From the NCBI RefSeq assembly GCF_021028975.2, contig NC_059432.1:36332001-36396000 (forward strand): a stretch of DNA of 64,000 bases. Reading direction: 5' to 3'. The notes beneath the pieces were generated by a model. It was not told the DNA's origin, did not search any database, and was given only the letters and a program-made list of their open reading frames with translations. Positions 1-13,481 of this stretch are shown piece by piece. This stretch comes from Sphaerodactylus townsendi (Eukaryota). Both the position numbers and the translations under genes were made by a program. Each line of letters begins with the position of its first letter. Position 1 is the stretch's first letter.

Positions 1-3000
1 GAAAGTGATCTAGTAGACACCGGCCCCTGCCTCATACACATCTGTTTTCCTTCTCTTATTCCACAGTGCTACAGGGACTGTCCCTACCATGCATTACACT
101 AACAGTCGGGCGTGAGAACCATGTTCAAGGTTTGGACCTAGAGAAGGACAAACATCAAGAAAAACAGGTTCTGACTAACAACAATATGCAGGCACACTAT
201 TGAGGTCAATATTAAGAAGGAGTTTTGTTTAAAGGAGAATTATATTCAAAGGTGATGAAAAGCAGTTTGCTTGGAGCAGCAGATTCTGGAAAGGGTTTTG
301 TTTTTTACTGTCCCTAGCCAAAGTTTCAGAGATTTTCCAAACAATACTAAGCAAAGGCTTAGGGTCCTTTTCCCCCCTTGCATGATCCTCATGTAAGTCT
401 GTTATAGCACGTTATCTGGCCTACAGAAGATGAGATACCAGCTCCTGGCACATGTGCTGAACAGCAGCAATGCCAGACTATTTTGGTTAGCACCCAGAGC
501 TGGTTCTCTGCCCACGAGGAACCCTGAGGCGCTGGTGGGGCAGCTAGTGCTGGAAAGAAGAGAGAAGATGGAAGGCTTGGCATATACCTATCATTGTCCT
601 TTGGACTCATGCAGCTGCCAGGTGGATCCTAGGAAAACCCTTGAGGCGTGGCTGCTCTCTGGAACTGTGCTTGCTCATAATGTATCTGCCCAAGTACAAC
701 ACTCCTCTCTTCATCAACTTTGGTTTATTGGCACAGCAACATCTTCAGTACCTTTTTCTCCTTTTTTTGTACTTGAGCCAAGAAGGCTGCACATCCCATT
801 AGTGGTGAAAGAAAATGCTGCGCTAAGGAAGAACTTTCTTTGCAACAAAACTTTATTTTTTGTGACTCTTTCTTAACTAAAAGGAGCTCTTTTAAACCGA
901 GCTATTACACACCGTAAGTAAAAATACAACTTTTTAATTTATTCGAAAGAGTTATGAATTGTTGAGAAAGAAGCATGCAGTCTTTTAAAAGCTAAGAAAG
1001 GTGAATAGATCCATGACTTGGCAAAGCATGTTGTGTGTATGTCCCTTCACTGTTTATAAAAGGTACTGCTTGAAGGACTCCCACATCTGAATAAAAATAC
1101 AGTCCAATCCATAGGGCTCCAACATGGCGCTGCTGTCATGCCACCGTGCTGCCTCCAGAGAGCTTACAGGTGGCATGGGGAGGCAGCAAACTTCAGGAAG
1201 TCCCAAGCTGCATGAAAGCTCTCCATAGGGTAAAATGGATTTATATCACCATTTCAGGAGGCATAAGTCCGAGGCCTGCCCTGGGGGCATTACTGGCTCA
1301 AAAGCCTGGTGGAACGTCCCTAGCTCCTTTCCCAGCTATGCTGGCACACAGTTCTGCAAAACCGCAGACTCTTCAGGGTTGGGTGCCGTGGAGCTCCGGC
1401 CGCCTGCCCATCTCCCCATTTGCCCTCCCCATCAGAGAAAGTACCGCTTATGCCAGTGGGGTTGGCAAACATGCTGGTGCAGCCCCACACTGACTCCACA
1501 AGCTGATTCCCATCCCCACCCCAGACAAGACTGCCCTTCAATATTTTAATTTTTAAAAAAACTAAGGACCACAATAAAATGGGCATTGAGGAGACACTGT
1601 ATCATCTCATGACTTCACAGATCACATAAACTAGCTAACATTTCTACATGTTCCATAGTAGGTTCACAATTACAAATAGAATCATTCAATAAGGGTGGGA
1701 GAGTGCGACAGAAAGGGAATGCGACATATTATGATAGCTCTAGTGCTGATGTTCTCATTCTGATGTTCTCATTCAAAAAGTGTACAGAGGTGAGGGAAAG
1801 TGAGAAAGTGGTTTTGACTTTTGCCTTCCAGCACTCTTTAGGTACAGAAGTTGATTTTCAAATGCTAAAGGTTCTCCCAAATAAAGATGATTTACAATAC
1901 TTACAAATTGTTCCAATACATTAAACATGCCCAAAACGTATCATATTATTTACAGCTAAAATTTATTCTGAGGTATGTGTTTTCAAAATGACAGTTCATC
2001 AGGTTTTTGTTACTGATGTCAAAAGAACTGAACTCCTGAAAACTGTTCGAAACATATGTGAGGAGAACTTCATTAACATGGATTTTATTTTTAATACTGT
2101 TGAGAAATGCTGTTGAGAAAGCCAAATTTGAAGGGAAAAAAACTATTCAAACTTTTACTCATGCATTATGTTTGAACAAAAATGTTTCCTTTTAAGACAC
2201 CTACATCTGTTTCAAATTGGCATCCCTATGTGAAGATATTAGCTGTCGCTATAATGGGGATATAATCTCTCACACATTTGTAAGTGTGTATAAATATGTA
2301 AACTCTGGGGTTATGACAGCTGAACCACAGGGAATGACTGTTTTGCTCAGGACAAGCCAAAAGTTATTTGGGTTCATTTTAATCTTTCACAACCTAAACT
2401 CTCTCAGAGGGCAAGCTGTTTTTCTCAAAACTGGACCCTGAGGTAAATTCTTAGCGATGCCTGGTCTTGTTACATTCATGAGTAACCCCATATATATATT
2501 AGGACTTCAAATGAATTTAGGACTACATATGGGGCGGGGAGGGGGCAGATGTATGCTGATGGGAAGTGAGTATACAAGACTCCTGGCTCTGCGAGAACAA
2601 TCGGGATAAGGTTTCAATCCCATATTTTTCAAGTCCAGCATTAAAAAGTTTTAAAGAAATGGTCTAAACAGTAGTGAGGATGGTAAGATTAGACACAGAA
2701 CGCATCATTTATACCTTAGAAATTCTGAATATAGACACAAAGAAATTGAGTTTCACTGTAGGGCCTACTTTCTCATAATTAAAGAGTAAACAGGAACACT
2801 GGCAAATGAACCGTCTTTTTGCGTTTACAGCTTGAAAAGAAGCCGTTTGGCAGACACTCAAGTCTCCAAAGGGCAAGGGTTCTGGCCAAGTTGTTCCTGC
2901 ATAGCCCGTTTACCCTGAACACAGAGTCCTTTTAGACAAAACGACAAACAACAGCAGAGGTAAAAGTTGGGTGGATTAGAAGTTGTACATCATTCAGATT

Positions 3001-3870
3001 GCTAGGTTAGGTCATTCGCCATTTTTTTTTCAAAATTTGCAAGGGAAGGAGGACACGGAGGTTACACAAGCAAGCCACAAGCATATTTTATCGTCTGTTT
3101 GTCCAAGAACATCCCACAAAACTGTCCAAAGAAATATGCAGCCACAAGTTACATCTCTAATTTTTGGTTCTCAATTTAGTTTATGTTAAACTGAGAAGTG
3201 CATTTATAAAAAAAATTATAAACACCATTTAAATGCTTTAGTATGTTTAATCAATTCTTCTTTTGAAATTTTAATAGAAATTGGGTTTTTTACTACAGTT
3301 ATGGAAGAGATGCTGTTTACCTTTGTGCCAGAACTCCAAATGTACTTCATGCTTAATTCACATCACTAAAAGGAAACAGAAAACATCTACACTGACAGAA
3401 TATTCTGCAACATTTAGAAATGGTAAATTCTACTTTTGGCGAAGTTTCTTAATATAGAGATTCAGGTCTATCCAAGTCTATTTTTATACACTGTATATAA
3501 GCCCTACTCCAAACATGTAACAATTCAGTTTCCTTGGATGAAGTTAGTTCATTTTGATCTGATTCATTTATTCACTGTGCAAAAAGATTCTTTTTTCTAT
3601 GTAACTGTTCCTATGTATATATCAATTTATGAACAAAATTATTTACTAGGATGTTATGGGTTTTCCGGGTTGCAGGGTCGTGTCCCAGTAGTATTTTCTC
3701 CTGACATTTCGCCTGCATCCTAGTGATTCCAGCCGTGAAAGCCTTTGACAAAATTATTTACATTTGAAAATATAGAAACTGTATAGTATTTTCGAAAATA
3801 AGAGAATACTTCTTGTGGATATCGTTTTACAGGAAACTAAGAGCTATGGCAGTGTTTGAGTGAAGGCAGG

Positions 3871-5433
3871 TGTAACAGGGTCCCTTATATTCAAGGGCGA
3901 GGGAGAGATATTATCCCATCGTTGCCACCAAATGTAACAGGGTTTGATGCTCAGACTCCCTTTCTGGAGTCTGCCTCACTCCAACTCTCCCCAGAGGAAA
4001 AAAAATAAAGCCCCTGACAAAAATGGAGGGAAACTCTGTGAGAAAGTTTTGGCTTTTACACAGCCAGACACCACCCTATGTAGACACACAGGAAAATAGA
4101 CTGGAACTCTTTGGTAACGTGAAACAGAATTTGTAACGTTTATTTGGCTAGAAATGAAGGCTTCTCAGTAGACTTGAGAGGTTTTAAACGCTTGTTGGTT
4201 ACAGAAAGTAAAACTTATTTCCTGAGAGGTTATTCAGTCAGTTACATTAAAGTTTTCTGTTTGGTCACACGCAGGTGGCCACTATACTCCTTCTCTTAAA
4301 GAGGTTCTGGTTCTCAAGCTTTATCATACACACGGGCCGTTTCTGCACGGAGGCGGAAGCGGCTAGGTCGGCGCATTTTGCGCCGACCCGACAACACTGG
4401 GGACGGTCCTGGGAAGAGCTGGGATGCCGGCGCCGCGGAGCGCTGGCGCCCGGGCGACCCGGCGTGTCCCTGGGCCTCCGGCACGTCGCCAAGGCCTGGG
4501 GACACGGCCCCCCCCCGGCCCTGCGCGCCTGCTCCAGCGGCGCAGGGCAGGGGGGTGTGTCCCCAGGCCTCGGCGACGCGCCGGAGGCCCAGGCCCAAGG
4601 TAAGTGCTGGGAGGGAGTGGGGGGGGAGGCGTCTTGAAGCCGCTGCCGTTCGCTCGGCAGCGTCTTCAAGGCGGCATTTCCCCAACAAGTGCGCTTCCGA
4701 GCGCACTGGGGAAACGCCGGCTTCGCGGCGATCGGGCAGCGCGAGGGCGGCGCGGCTGCGATGCAACTGCGCCCCCTGTGCGAATGGCGGCCTGGAGACG
4801 GTGTTTTTGCTGTCTCCAGGCTGCCATTAAATGCCTGTGCAGAAACGGCCACAGGTTCTGATTTACTTCAGCTTTCTCTCACAGAGGTTTCAGCTTTTAG
4901 TTGTTACACACAGAGACACTAGATTTTCTCTGTTCCACACCCTTTCCAGTTCACATAACCACCCAAGTCTTGACTGGAAGGACTCGGCTCAACACTCACC
5001 ACCTTCCCTTTCAGTCCCCTGTTAAGGCCTAACTGCCCCCTTTATGGACTGGTCTTCTCCTGACTGGGTTTTGAACTGAGGTTGGACAGACATTAGTCTG
5101 GACAGCCAAGCTGCCAAGCACCTGAGCGGCGGATTCACCTTCCACCAAGCCCAGGGCTTTCCTTCACACTCCATCAAGCCTCCTCAGCCTGAATAGAGCA
5201 GTCTGACTTCTTGTCAGAATGCACAAGCAGCGACAGATCTCTCTCCCTGATCTGCACTCAGCTTTCTGGATCAGTCCAAGAGTGAAACAAGACAAAAGAA
5301 CCCTCAGCACTCAAGCTGCCTCCTTTTCTTTTCCTGGGCAATTTTCTCCAGCCAATCAGGACTGGGCAGGACTTAACTATTTCAGGGCAGTCTCTCCCTG
5401 AAAACCACTTCCCAAATATGGGCATTTGTCACA
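3871..5433 (-). mobile_element. Internally deleted LTR retroelement (Gypsy/ERV-like): ~1-kb LTR + PBS + tip of second LTR
   Basis: Minus-strand ends TGTGACA...TGTTACA. 5-bp TSD GCAGG at 3866-3870 and 5434-5438. PBS TGGTGGCAACGATGGGAT at 3930-3913, 2 nt after the LTR end at 3933. Minus-strand AATAAA at 4139-4144. Confidence 0.85.
4335..4850. mobile_element. GC/CpG-rich non-autonomous TIR element (PIF/Harbinger-like) nested in the LTR
   Basis: TIRs GGCCGTTTCTGCAC / GTGCAGAAACGGCC; 3-bp flanks ACG/ACA; related termini at 27213-27595 and 41517. Confidence 0.75.
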
Positions 5434-6800
5434 GCAGGAATCTTTATAGGGGTATGCTTCAACATTGTACAAAATCTTTTCCCCAGAGTAAATGCGTTTC
5501 TCCAGCCTCCCCAAAAATATATTTTAACATAAATCACATTTAGACAATCAGATACAAAGAAGCAACGCTTTTAAGCTTGGAGGCATTAGCACTGACTACA
5601 CTGAGACATGGACAAGGAGGAAAGAAGAAATAAAATGCAAGAAATCCTTGTGGCAATAGAAGTATCAGTGAAGACAACAGAAGCCACCTTTACTCAAAAC
5701 GTCTGTCATCAAAAGACCACAAAACATTCTGCAGATTTCTTCACATTTTTTTCACAACTCACTTTTGACTGGCATTAAGAACATAATTCATCATGGTTTT
5801 AAAACCAGTGTGCAGTTATTTTATTTGCATGACATTTTATCTGTTAACTTGCACACTAAAGTTCATAGAAACTAGTTCCTTACCCCGTCTCTAAGCTCTT
5901 TTTGCCAGCCCTTCAGGTTAACAGGCTGGCCACTGTGTGTCACAGACTGCTGGATTAGGGGGAAGTCTACTGATCTGATTCAGGAGGTCTCCTATATTTT
6001 GTAGTAAAATTACTCATATACCAAACTACAAATCTTTTGTACAGCACCAAGCTGGCGAAACATAACCTCAAGATTTGAAAGTGGGTATCATGCCTTGATG
6101 AGACAACAACAGACTGAGTTGTAAATCTCAATTATCTCTGAATGTGCATCAATACAGCTGATTCTCAATGTGGTCAAATCTTTGAATATTTAAATCCAGA
6201 GACTGGAGATGTGAACAGGCAAGACAGGACTTTCTACAAACCTGAGGAAGGCTTGAAGTCTGCAGAAAAATCTGAAATGTAAAACACACACACACACATA
6301 TATTGGGAGGAGGGTAACCTGCTCCCAAAATAACAGAAGCAGTGTCTGTAGCTTTAAGAAACAAGTATCGCCAGCTTTGAGCTAGGGTTGTCAACACTGA
6401 GTTGGGGGACACATGGAAATTTTGGGTTGGTGTCCATGGAAGGTAGAGTTTTTGGGGGGAGGTGGGAAACTTATCAGGGATGTGATCCCATCCAGCCCAT
6501 TCTTCAAAGCTGCAGTTTCCTCCAAGATAATTAATTTCTATGGTCTGGAGATTAAATGGAATGGTCAGAGAACTTTGACCTCCAGGCAGAACCTGGAGGT
6601 TGGCAACTGAATGGCAAGCCTTGGATTCTGCCAATAAACGCAGGAAGAGGGAATTTTCCAGAGATGCACTGGCCTTTCAAAGAAGATTCATTGGCTTCCC
6701 ATCAACCACTTGAGTTCCAAGTCAGCTTGATACCACTTGAGTTCCATGACTCACAAATGCCCAGCTCTTTGCTACTGTTCAACAGGAGCCACCCCATGAA

Positions 6801-6900
6801 AGCCAGTGTGGTATAGTAGTTACAGTCTCAATGATCTGGGAGACCTAGGTTCAAATCCCTGTTCTGGCATGGAAGCTCATTGGCTGTTCTTGAGCCAGCC
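6801..6900 (+). mobile_element. tRNA-derived SINE head
   Basis: TGGTATAGTAGTTA (A box) and GGTTCAAATCCC (B box). Confidence 0.65.
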
Positions 6901-9900
6901 ACCAGGCATCTGGGTCTGGCCCAGTCTGGCAGCCAGAACCATGCACAATTTTCCCAGGGAGTGGCTGTCAGAAGGAGCAAGGAAGAAAAGCAGAAAATGG
7001 AGGGAGAACGGTAGGCTGATTTGTTAGTGGTCACATGGAAGCAGAAAAGGGAAGAATTTATAGGGGTTTATAGAGAAGAGAAACAAGAAAAATAACACAC
7101 AAGTCCATGCAGGTCTCCTGTTTGTGGTATGGTAATACTGATATTGAAGCAGTTAGCACAATAGACTGAATTCTTCTGTTAATATTTTATTTCATGCTTG
7201 GGGACAAGCTACACTGATGATGTTTCCAGATTATTAGATGTTCAGAATATGTGCCAGTTTCTAGAGGTTTGTAGGATGAAGACTTCTTTTCCTCTATTTT
7301 TTCCTCAGTTTCTTTTTGACCTCAGAACAATGTTCCCTAGATTTAAAAAAATGTAAAGTACATATACAGTTTGGCACCACAGTTTTAATTCATTTGTGCC
7401 CTGTAGCGTCATTAGTCTTTTTAAAAAAACCTAGTTTCATTTTTTGTTACGTATTGAAATTTTAAAAATGCTTTAATTGTATTTTAATTTAATTGCTTTA
7501 AACAAGGTTTGTTTAAATCATGCTGCTTTGGGGTTTTTAAAGAACTCTTTTGATTTTTTTAAAGTTTATGAAGATTGTTTACCCATTTCTACTTTAAAAA
7601 TTATCCAAATAAATACATACATAGAAACTATTCTGCAAAATTTTAGACAAAATTTTCACTGTACCTTTACAGCAAGCACTACAAGTTCTTTTTTAGCATG
7701 TCAGAAGTAACTACTACTCACAACTGCATGGATGTGCAGATACTTAGGAGAATGTCAGCCTTTCAGTAGTCAAAGCAAATCAAACAACACACCTTTGAGT
7801 GAGAATTCTCACTCTTCATTACTTGCCATTTAAAGGAAACTTGCTTTTAATAATGTGCTATTGCATTAATTCTCACAATTATTCTGTCTTCTCCAGTTTG
7901 CTTACTGGAGTATGCATATATTAAAACAACAATGAACAGGTAATTTCAGTAACTGAAAAGTCAATAAGCAGCAATCAAAGAACCTTCACTGATTGTAAAG
8001 GGCAGAGCTTTAACTACTAGTGAACAGTCTTAAATCAGTCGGCATTGGGACTGAATTCTTTGGCTGTTCTTGGCAGCAAAGAGGTCTTGAGGATAGTATG
8101 ACATAAGTGTATGTTTGTCTGGCATTTACTGTTCCTGCTTTCACTCCCTCAGGTTTCTTGAACTAATCAATAGGCAAGAAGACTACCCCACAATGTGATA
8201 CTGTGATTTGATGCATCACAGCATTCCCTCCCCTCAGTAATCCATGACACAAAGATAGCCTTCTCAAATGTGGCTGGCAGGTGACCCTGGCCACCTCTGC
8301 CCTCTGCTTTTAGATGTGGCTGAACATCCCCCGGGGGCATCCAATACTGTGGATCTGAATGACAAGGGGAAAGAGGGGAAACTATGAAGGATTTTCCTAT
8401 CTCCTCCACATCGCAGAGCTTGCCTATGGACTTTGCAACCATTTTATTAGAGCGGATGTTTGACTGGATCTAATTCCCAATCTTTTGCCAGACGTTGCAT
8501 AATACAGTCCCTGTTAGGGATGAAAAATACAGGTGGGCTTCAGCAGCAGCCCATTTCTCCATAAAAGCTCATCAAGTTGCCTCATACAGACACTGCATAC
8601 AAAGACAGACAGGATGGATCCTTAGTGGTCACCATACAGAAGATACAGGAGAAGTAACCAACACCTACCCAACCCTGAGAATAAAGAGAACCATTCAATA
8701 TCAAGTCTAAAATCACAGTGTTTCATCAATACGTGCAAGGGAACCAATGTTTTTATAGCTCTTGGCAACTCACAGTAAATAAATTTAGCATTAGTCTCCT
8801 ACTGTCCTACTACAATCAAACTAACTATAGTCAATACATTATTATCTACATTTCAATTAGGTATTTATATTCACCACCTTCTCTATGCAGCACTCTTTTC
8901 CTCTGTCCAAACAGCATTTCAATTTATCCAGGTGGGTACTAATTTTAATTTTACCCATACCTTTGAGATCAATGTTAACTTGATAGGGTTTAGGGTGTTT
9001 TGCCACTTAAACTAGATTACCGTTAACTTCAGTTACATTGGCCCTTTTGACTTGTCACTGTACACAAAGTAGAAATATTTTGCTGTCGTGATGGGGAAAG
9101 AATTTCACCATTCAAACCTGCTGTGATCTAGAGTGCGGGGGAGGGGGAGGGACTCTTTACGACTCAGATTTACTTTAACAGCTACTTTGAAATATCATCC
9201 ATTCCCAGCAAGTAATCCTTTGCTAGCTTCTTGTGTTCCTTAAAACCATATTATTCTAACCCTTTATTGATTGACTACATCCATTATCACTTGGAAGCTG
9301 TGTTAATCCCTTAGTAATTAACACCTTCATTAAAGTAATTTGAACTGAAAAGAAGTTTAAGGTGTATTATTGGCTTAGTTAAATTAAGCTTACTGGGAAT
9401 AAATTTTACATCATTTGAACTTTCAACTTCTTTCACCTGAGTATTTTTAGTTTGGCATTGATATATTAGGGGAGGGAAAATGGATCAAACTTCATAGAAC
9501 AAGCTTCATTAACAGTAAACTTCACGTCTCTTCAAAATGTCTATGATTTAGGCTGCTTTTCTGGGTTTTCTTAAAAAGGAAAGGGCAAGTGAGATGAAAG
9601 ACACCAAGAGTTCAAAGGTGACTAGCCCTTTAAAACAAAAATACAAACCTGTTTTTTTGCACAAGGGAAACAGAGTTGATCTGCTCCGTTTGAACTATAA
9701 CAAGATATCTGATAGACTATTACACAGGAAATAATCACTTAAATGCTAAAATAGGGCTTGTACAATAGGAAGGGAAAACAGACTTGACATAATGATAGGA
9801 CAAAAACCATGCTAGGTGAGAAGCCTAAAGACCAAGTCAGAAACCTGCTTGGAAACCCAACATAGGTAAATATGTAAAGGCCTAGAAAGGATGCGTGCTT

Positions 9901-10411
9901 GGCCAAGAAACTACATAGCATTATTTTTGCACAACAATTTAAAAGAACAAGGAGTGAAGCCCTCCTCAAGGAATGGGTTGTGACCTGACTCATTATTCTA
10001 CTGACCTCTCATCTTTGTGTTACTGGCCAGCTCAGTGTCTATTACATAACATGTACAGCGTGGATACTAAAGTTCACAATACAAAGAAACAGAATAATTT
10101 TGAAAATCTATACCTAGACTGTATCAACTCAATCATAAACAGAGACAGCTTTTTAAAAACTCTTCCCTGTGAAAAATATCCCCTCATAAGAAACTAGAAT
10201 ACTAGGGATCAGACTAAGCGGGGAAGCTTTCTAAATTCTATAGGCAAAGAGTTTTTTGATACAAGAATTGATTAATGTTGTGATTGGTACAGTCAAACAA
10301 CAGTTTTTCATACTTATCTGCACACCTACAGTGCAATCCTAGGAAGAATTACATACTTCTAAGCCCACTGATTACAAAGGGTGTAACTCTACTTAGGGGA
10401 TTGAAAATGTC

Positions 10412-10585
10412 ATGGTATAGTCCAATCTTTTCAGATCTCCAAAGCTAAGTAGGGCTAGTACTTGGAGGGAGATAATGAAGAAGTCTCTGCAGAAGAAGGC
10501 AACGGCAAATAATCTCTGCTTCTCACTTGCCTTAAAAGCCCTTTGCTGGGGTTGTCATAAGTCAGTTGCCACTTGATGGCACTTC
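10412..10585 (+). mobile_element. 5S rRNA-derived SINE (diverged)
   Basis: CAGATCTCCAAAGCTAAGTAGGG..TAGTACTTGGAGGGAGA head; CATAAGTCAGTTGCCACTTGATGGCAC tail. Confidence 0.7.
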
Positions 10586-13481
10586 CGTACGTAACTCTAG
10601 TTAGAATGGCTAATATAACAATGGCTAATATAACAATGCTAATACAACAATTTATTTCAAGTAATTTACTCAGCAGTTTAAGAGTTTGAAGAAGATTTAC
10701 ACATAATTATCTTTCAGATGTTTTAATCCTATAAAATTTTGAGACAGAATCTCCAAATATTCACACACAAAAAGGGGATCCAAGACTGCTCCCAATAAAA
10801 TTCAAATTTGATGTAAACTTTAATCAGCTTCAAAGCAAACACTGAATAAATACAGACATCAGTAATTATTTAATCATTATTTCTGGCTGTCTTGTGTTGC
10901 TCCCATGAAACATTTACATAGCATACAATATTCTCCTGAACTTACTGTTGTGGCTTCAATTCAGCCACAATAATTCAATCCCTCTCTTCATTCCAAGCCA
11001 CAAGACAATTTGCTTGGGGTGAAGAAGCAAGAGGAGAAGGCTCCCAACTTAGAATATAAAAGCCACAAGCACGTGTAAGACGGCTTGTATCACAACTTGT
11101 GAGCATACACGTTTCCAGTGAGCAGGAAATTCTGTATTCCTTTCCTAACTGAGCTATCTTCTTAATGTAAATGTGATCTTTTGATGCAGTATGTCCCACT
11201 CCATTTATTTATTTATTTAGAGCCATCAAGTCACAGCTGACTTATACCAGCCCTGTAGGGCTTTTAGTGCAAAAGATGTTCAGAGGAGGTTTGCCATTGC
11301 AGAAGTTTAGGCATTTTGAAAGTAAGCCTGAGCTCAAGTTACTAAACTTTCCCTCTTGTTTTCCTACAGCCCGGAAACCACACAGCACCCAAGTTTCCCT
11401 CTTGTTGTTCTGAATATGAGGAGGGGAGCCCTAGGAATATTTAGAAGTCATATGTTCTAACCATTTTTAATTTTCAGATAAAAAGAATGGCATTCATCTC
11501 CCTTTTAAGATATATCAACATTTCTATAGTAATATTGGGCAAATGATAACCTTGGTAGCACGTTATCCATGGAATAATAGCTGATGGCCAATTACTAAAT
11601 GAGTATTACGTTAACAGAAATGATGGAACCTGGCAAAAGAGCCCATTTCTTCTGGTTCTTAAAAGAGTTTCACTTCAAGATCTTTGCCCTGATTTCTGGT
11701 GACTGTAAAAGGAACACTTCCATCCAACATGGTAAGGCTCCTTCACAAGGATTGGCCCGTTACTATGCTGCAGAGACAGGATAAACCAAGACATTTCCTA
11801 CGCAACAGGGCTGTCCACATAGGAAATATGAACACATCTTGAAACAGACCCAAGTAGTTCTCCTAAATACTAAAGCTTTGTAGTCAGCTATCATGCCTGT
11901 TACATTTATTATTTGTGGCAGAAAGCACCAGCATACGCTGCCCTGTTCTTGCTAATCTCACACACTGTCATGAAATCACACAGAGGGAGTAAGCTGTTGT
12001 TGAGATAACTGGCTTCCATTAGTAAGCATGTGATTGGCAGGACGATAAAGTCTTTTCGCTCACAGGTCAGCTACTTTTTAAAAAGAGGGCAAACCTGCTG
12101 ATCCATCTTTTAGCTGCAGTCTCTCACTGAGCCCCAATTCTCTTGCCATTTAGCTTTGATATGGTTCAAGCTTCTCCCCTTGTATCAGCCTCTACCTGTC
12201 ATCAGCTCCTCTGTACTGAACAGCAAATATCAGGAGTTTGACCTCAGGGCACAGTCCGGGTGGGCAGGTAAGACCTGACCACCGGACTCACTTCCTTATC
12301 TTTCATATCCTGCAATTCATGGAACGGTATCAAATTCAAACTGAAAAACAGAAGCATGACCTCTTATGAGAACTTTCTGAAAAAAGACACTGCTGCCTTT
12401 CTAAGTAGGCTTGAAAAGAACTGTCATCTGCTGTATTAGGAAAGAAATGGATCATAAAAAAAGGAGAAAGGAGAAAAGAGCCCTAAATCCTTATTAAATG
12501 TCGCTCTTTATAAAGGATTCGCATCACCACGATGAGTGGCTGGTAAGGCAAGAAAAAAGGGGGCAGATAGTTATGTTCTGCACCCAGAAGTGCAATAAAT
12601 AAAGTGGAGTTGAATGGGATTTCACTATTATTATGTACCTGGAATGCACTTAGAATTCTAGCTAGCCGACACTTAGAAACACAGAAATTATTATATTTAG
12701 TACAGGCACACAATTCTCTCAACGTGTTAATTAAGAATTATCACTGCAATCTACCTCACAAAACAGTTGCGAGAATGAGATAGGCAAAAATCACAATATC
12801 ATCTATTTGATAATAAAAATTTGATAATAATCAAATTTTCTAATAGGAAGGGATTCAAACGGTAAATCCCAAGTAAGGAACGCGAAGGCTCCTGCTCCTA
12901 CCTGCCTAAGAGATCTAGTATAAACAATCTCAAGTAACATTTCAGTCTTTAAAAAATGTTTAGGACAGATTATATTCTAGAGAGTAAAGGTTGTTTTAAT
13001 GCTGGAGCGAGTTAATTTTAACCTTGAAAATATTTTTTTTAAAATCACATCCAATGGTCACTTTTAAACTCTTCCTTACCAGTTATCTTATCTACACACT
13101 TATTGACACCTATCACCACACATGTCTATAGTGAACGTTTCACAAAAACATTGGAATCATCTTCTAGTCTAGTTGGTATAATAGCACAATTATTCCAGTT
13201 CACAGCTGTATAAATATAAATATGCAAACATTCGTCACTGAGCCGCTATGCAATATGCAACCTTTTGCTCGTAGAAATAATAGACTTTCAGCAATGGAAT
13301 ATTTGCTTTCTGCGAAGTTCTCCAGAAACTACAGCGAATGTCCAGGAAAGACTGAAATAACAATTTTGTTTCCTATTTTGAACAAAAATACTATCAGAGC
13401 CTTTAAAGTGCTTTCATCACACAATTCTACTGTTATTGTTATCCATCAAAACATAATTTCACCTGCATTTTCAACGGAAAG

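Noticed and set aside
4265-4922. Six overlapping ORFs up to 195 aa
   Set aside because: Products of a GC-rich, stop-poor, palindromic MITE; no recognisable protein
9609-9621. DR1-like nuclear receptor site AGTTCA-A-AGGTGA
   Set aside because: A single imperfect site expected by chance; no convincing DR2/DR5 retinoic acid response element was noticed
13080-13091. 12-nt microexon-like AG...GTAAGG segment
   Set aside because: In-frame TAA and no polypyrimidine tract
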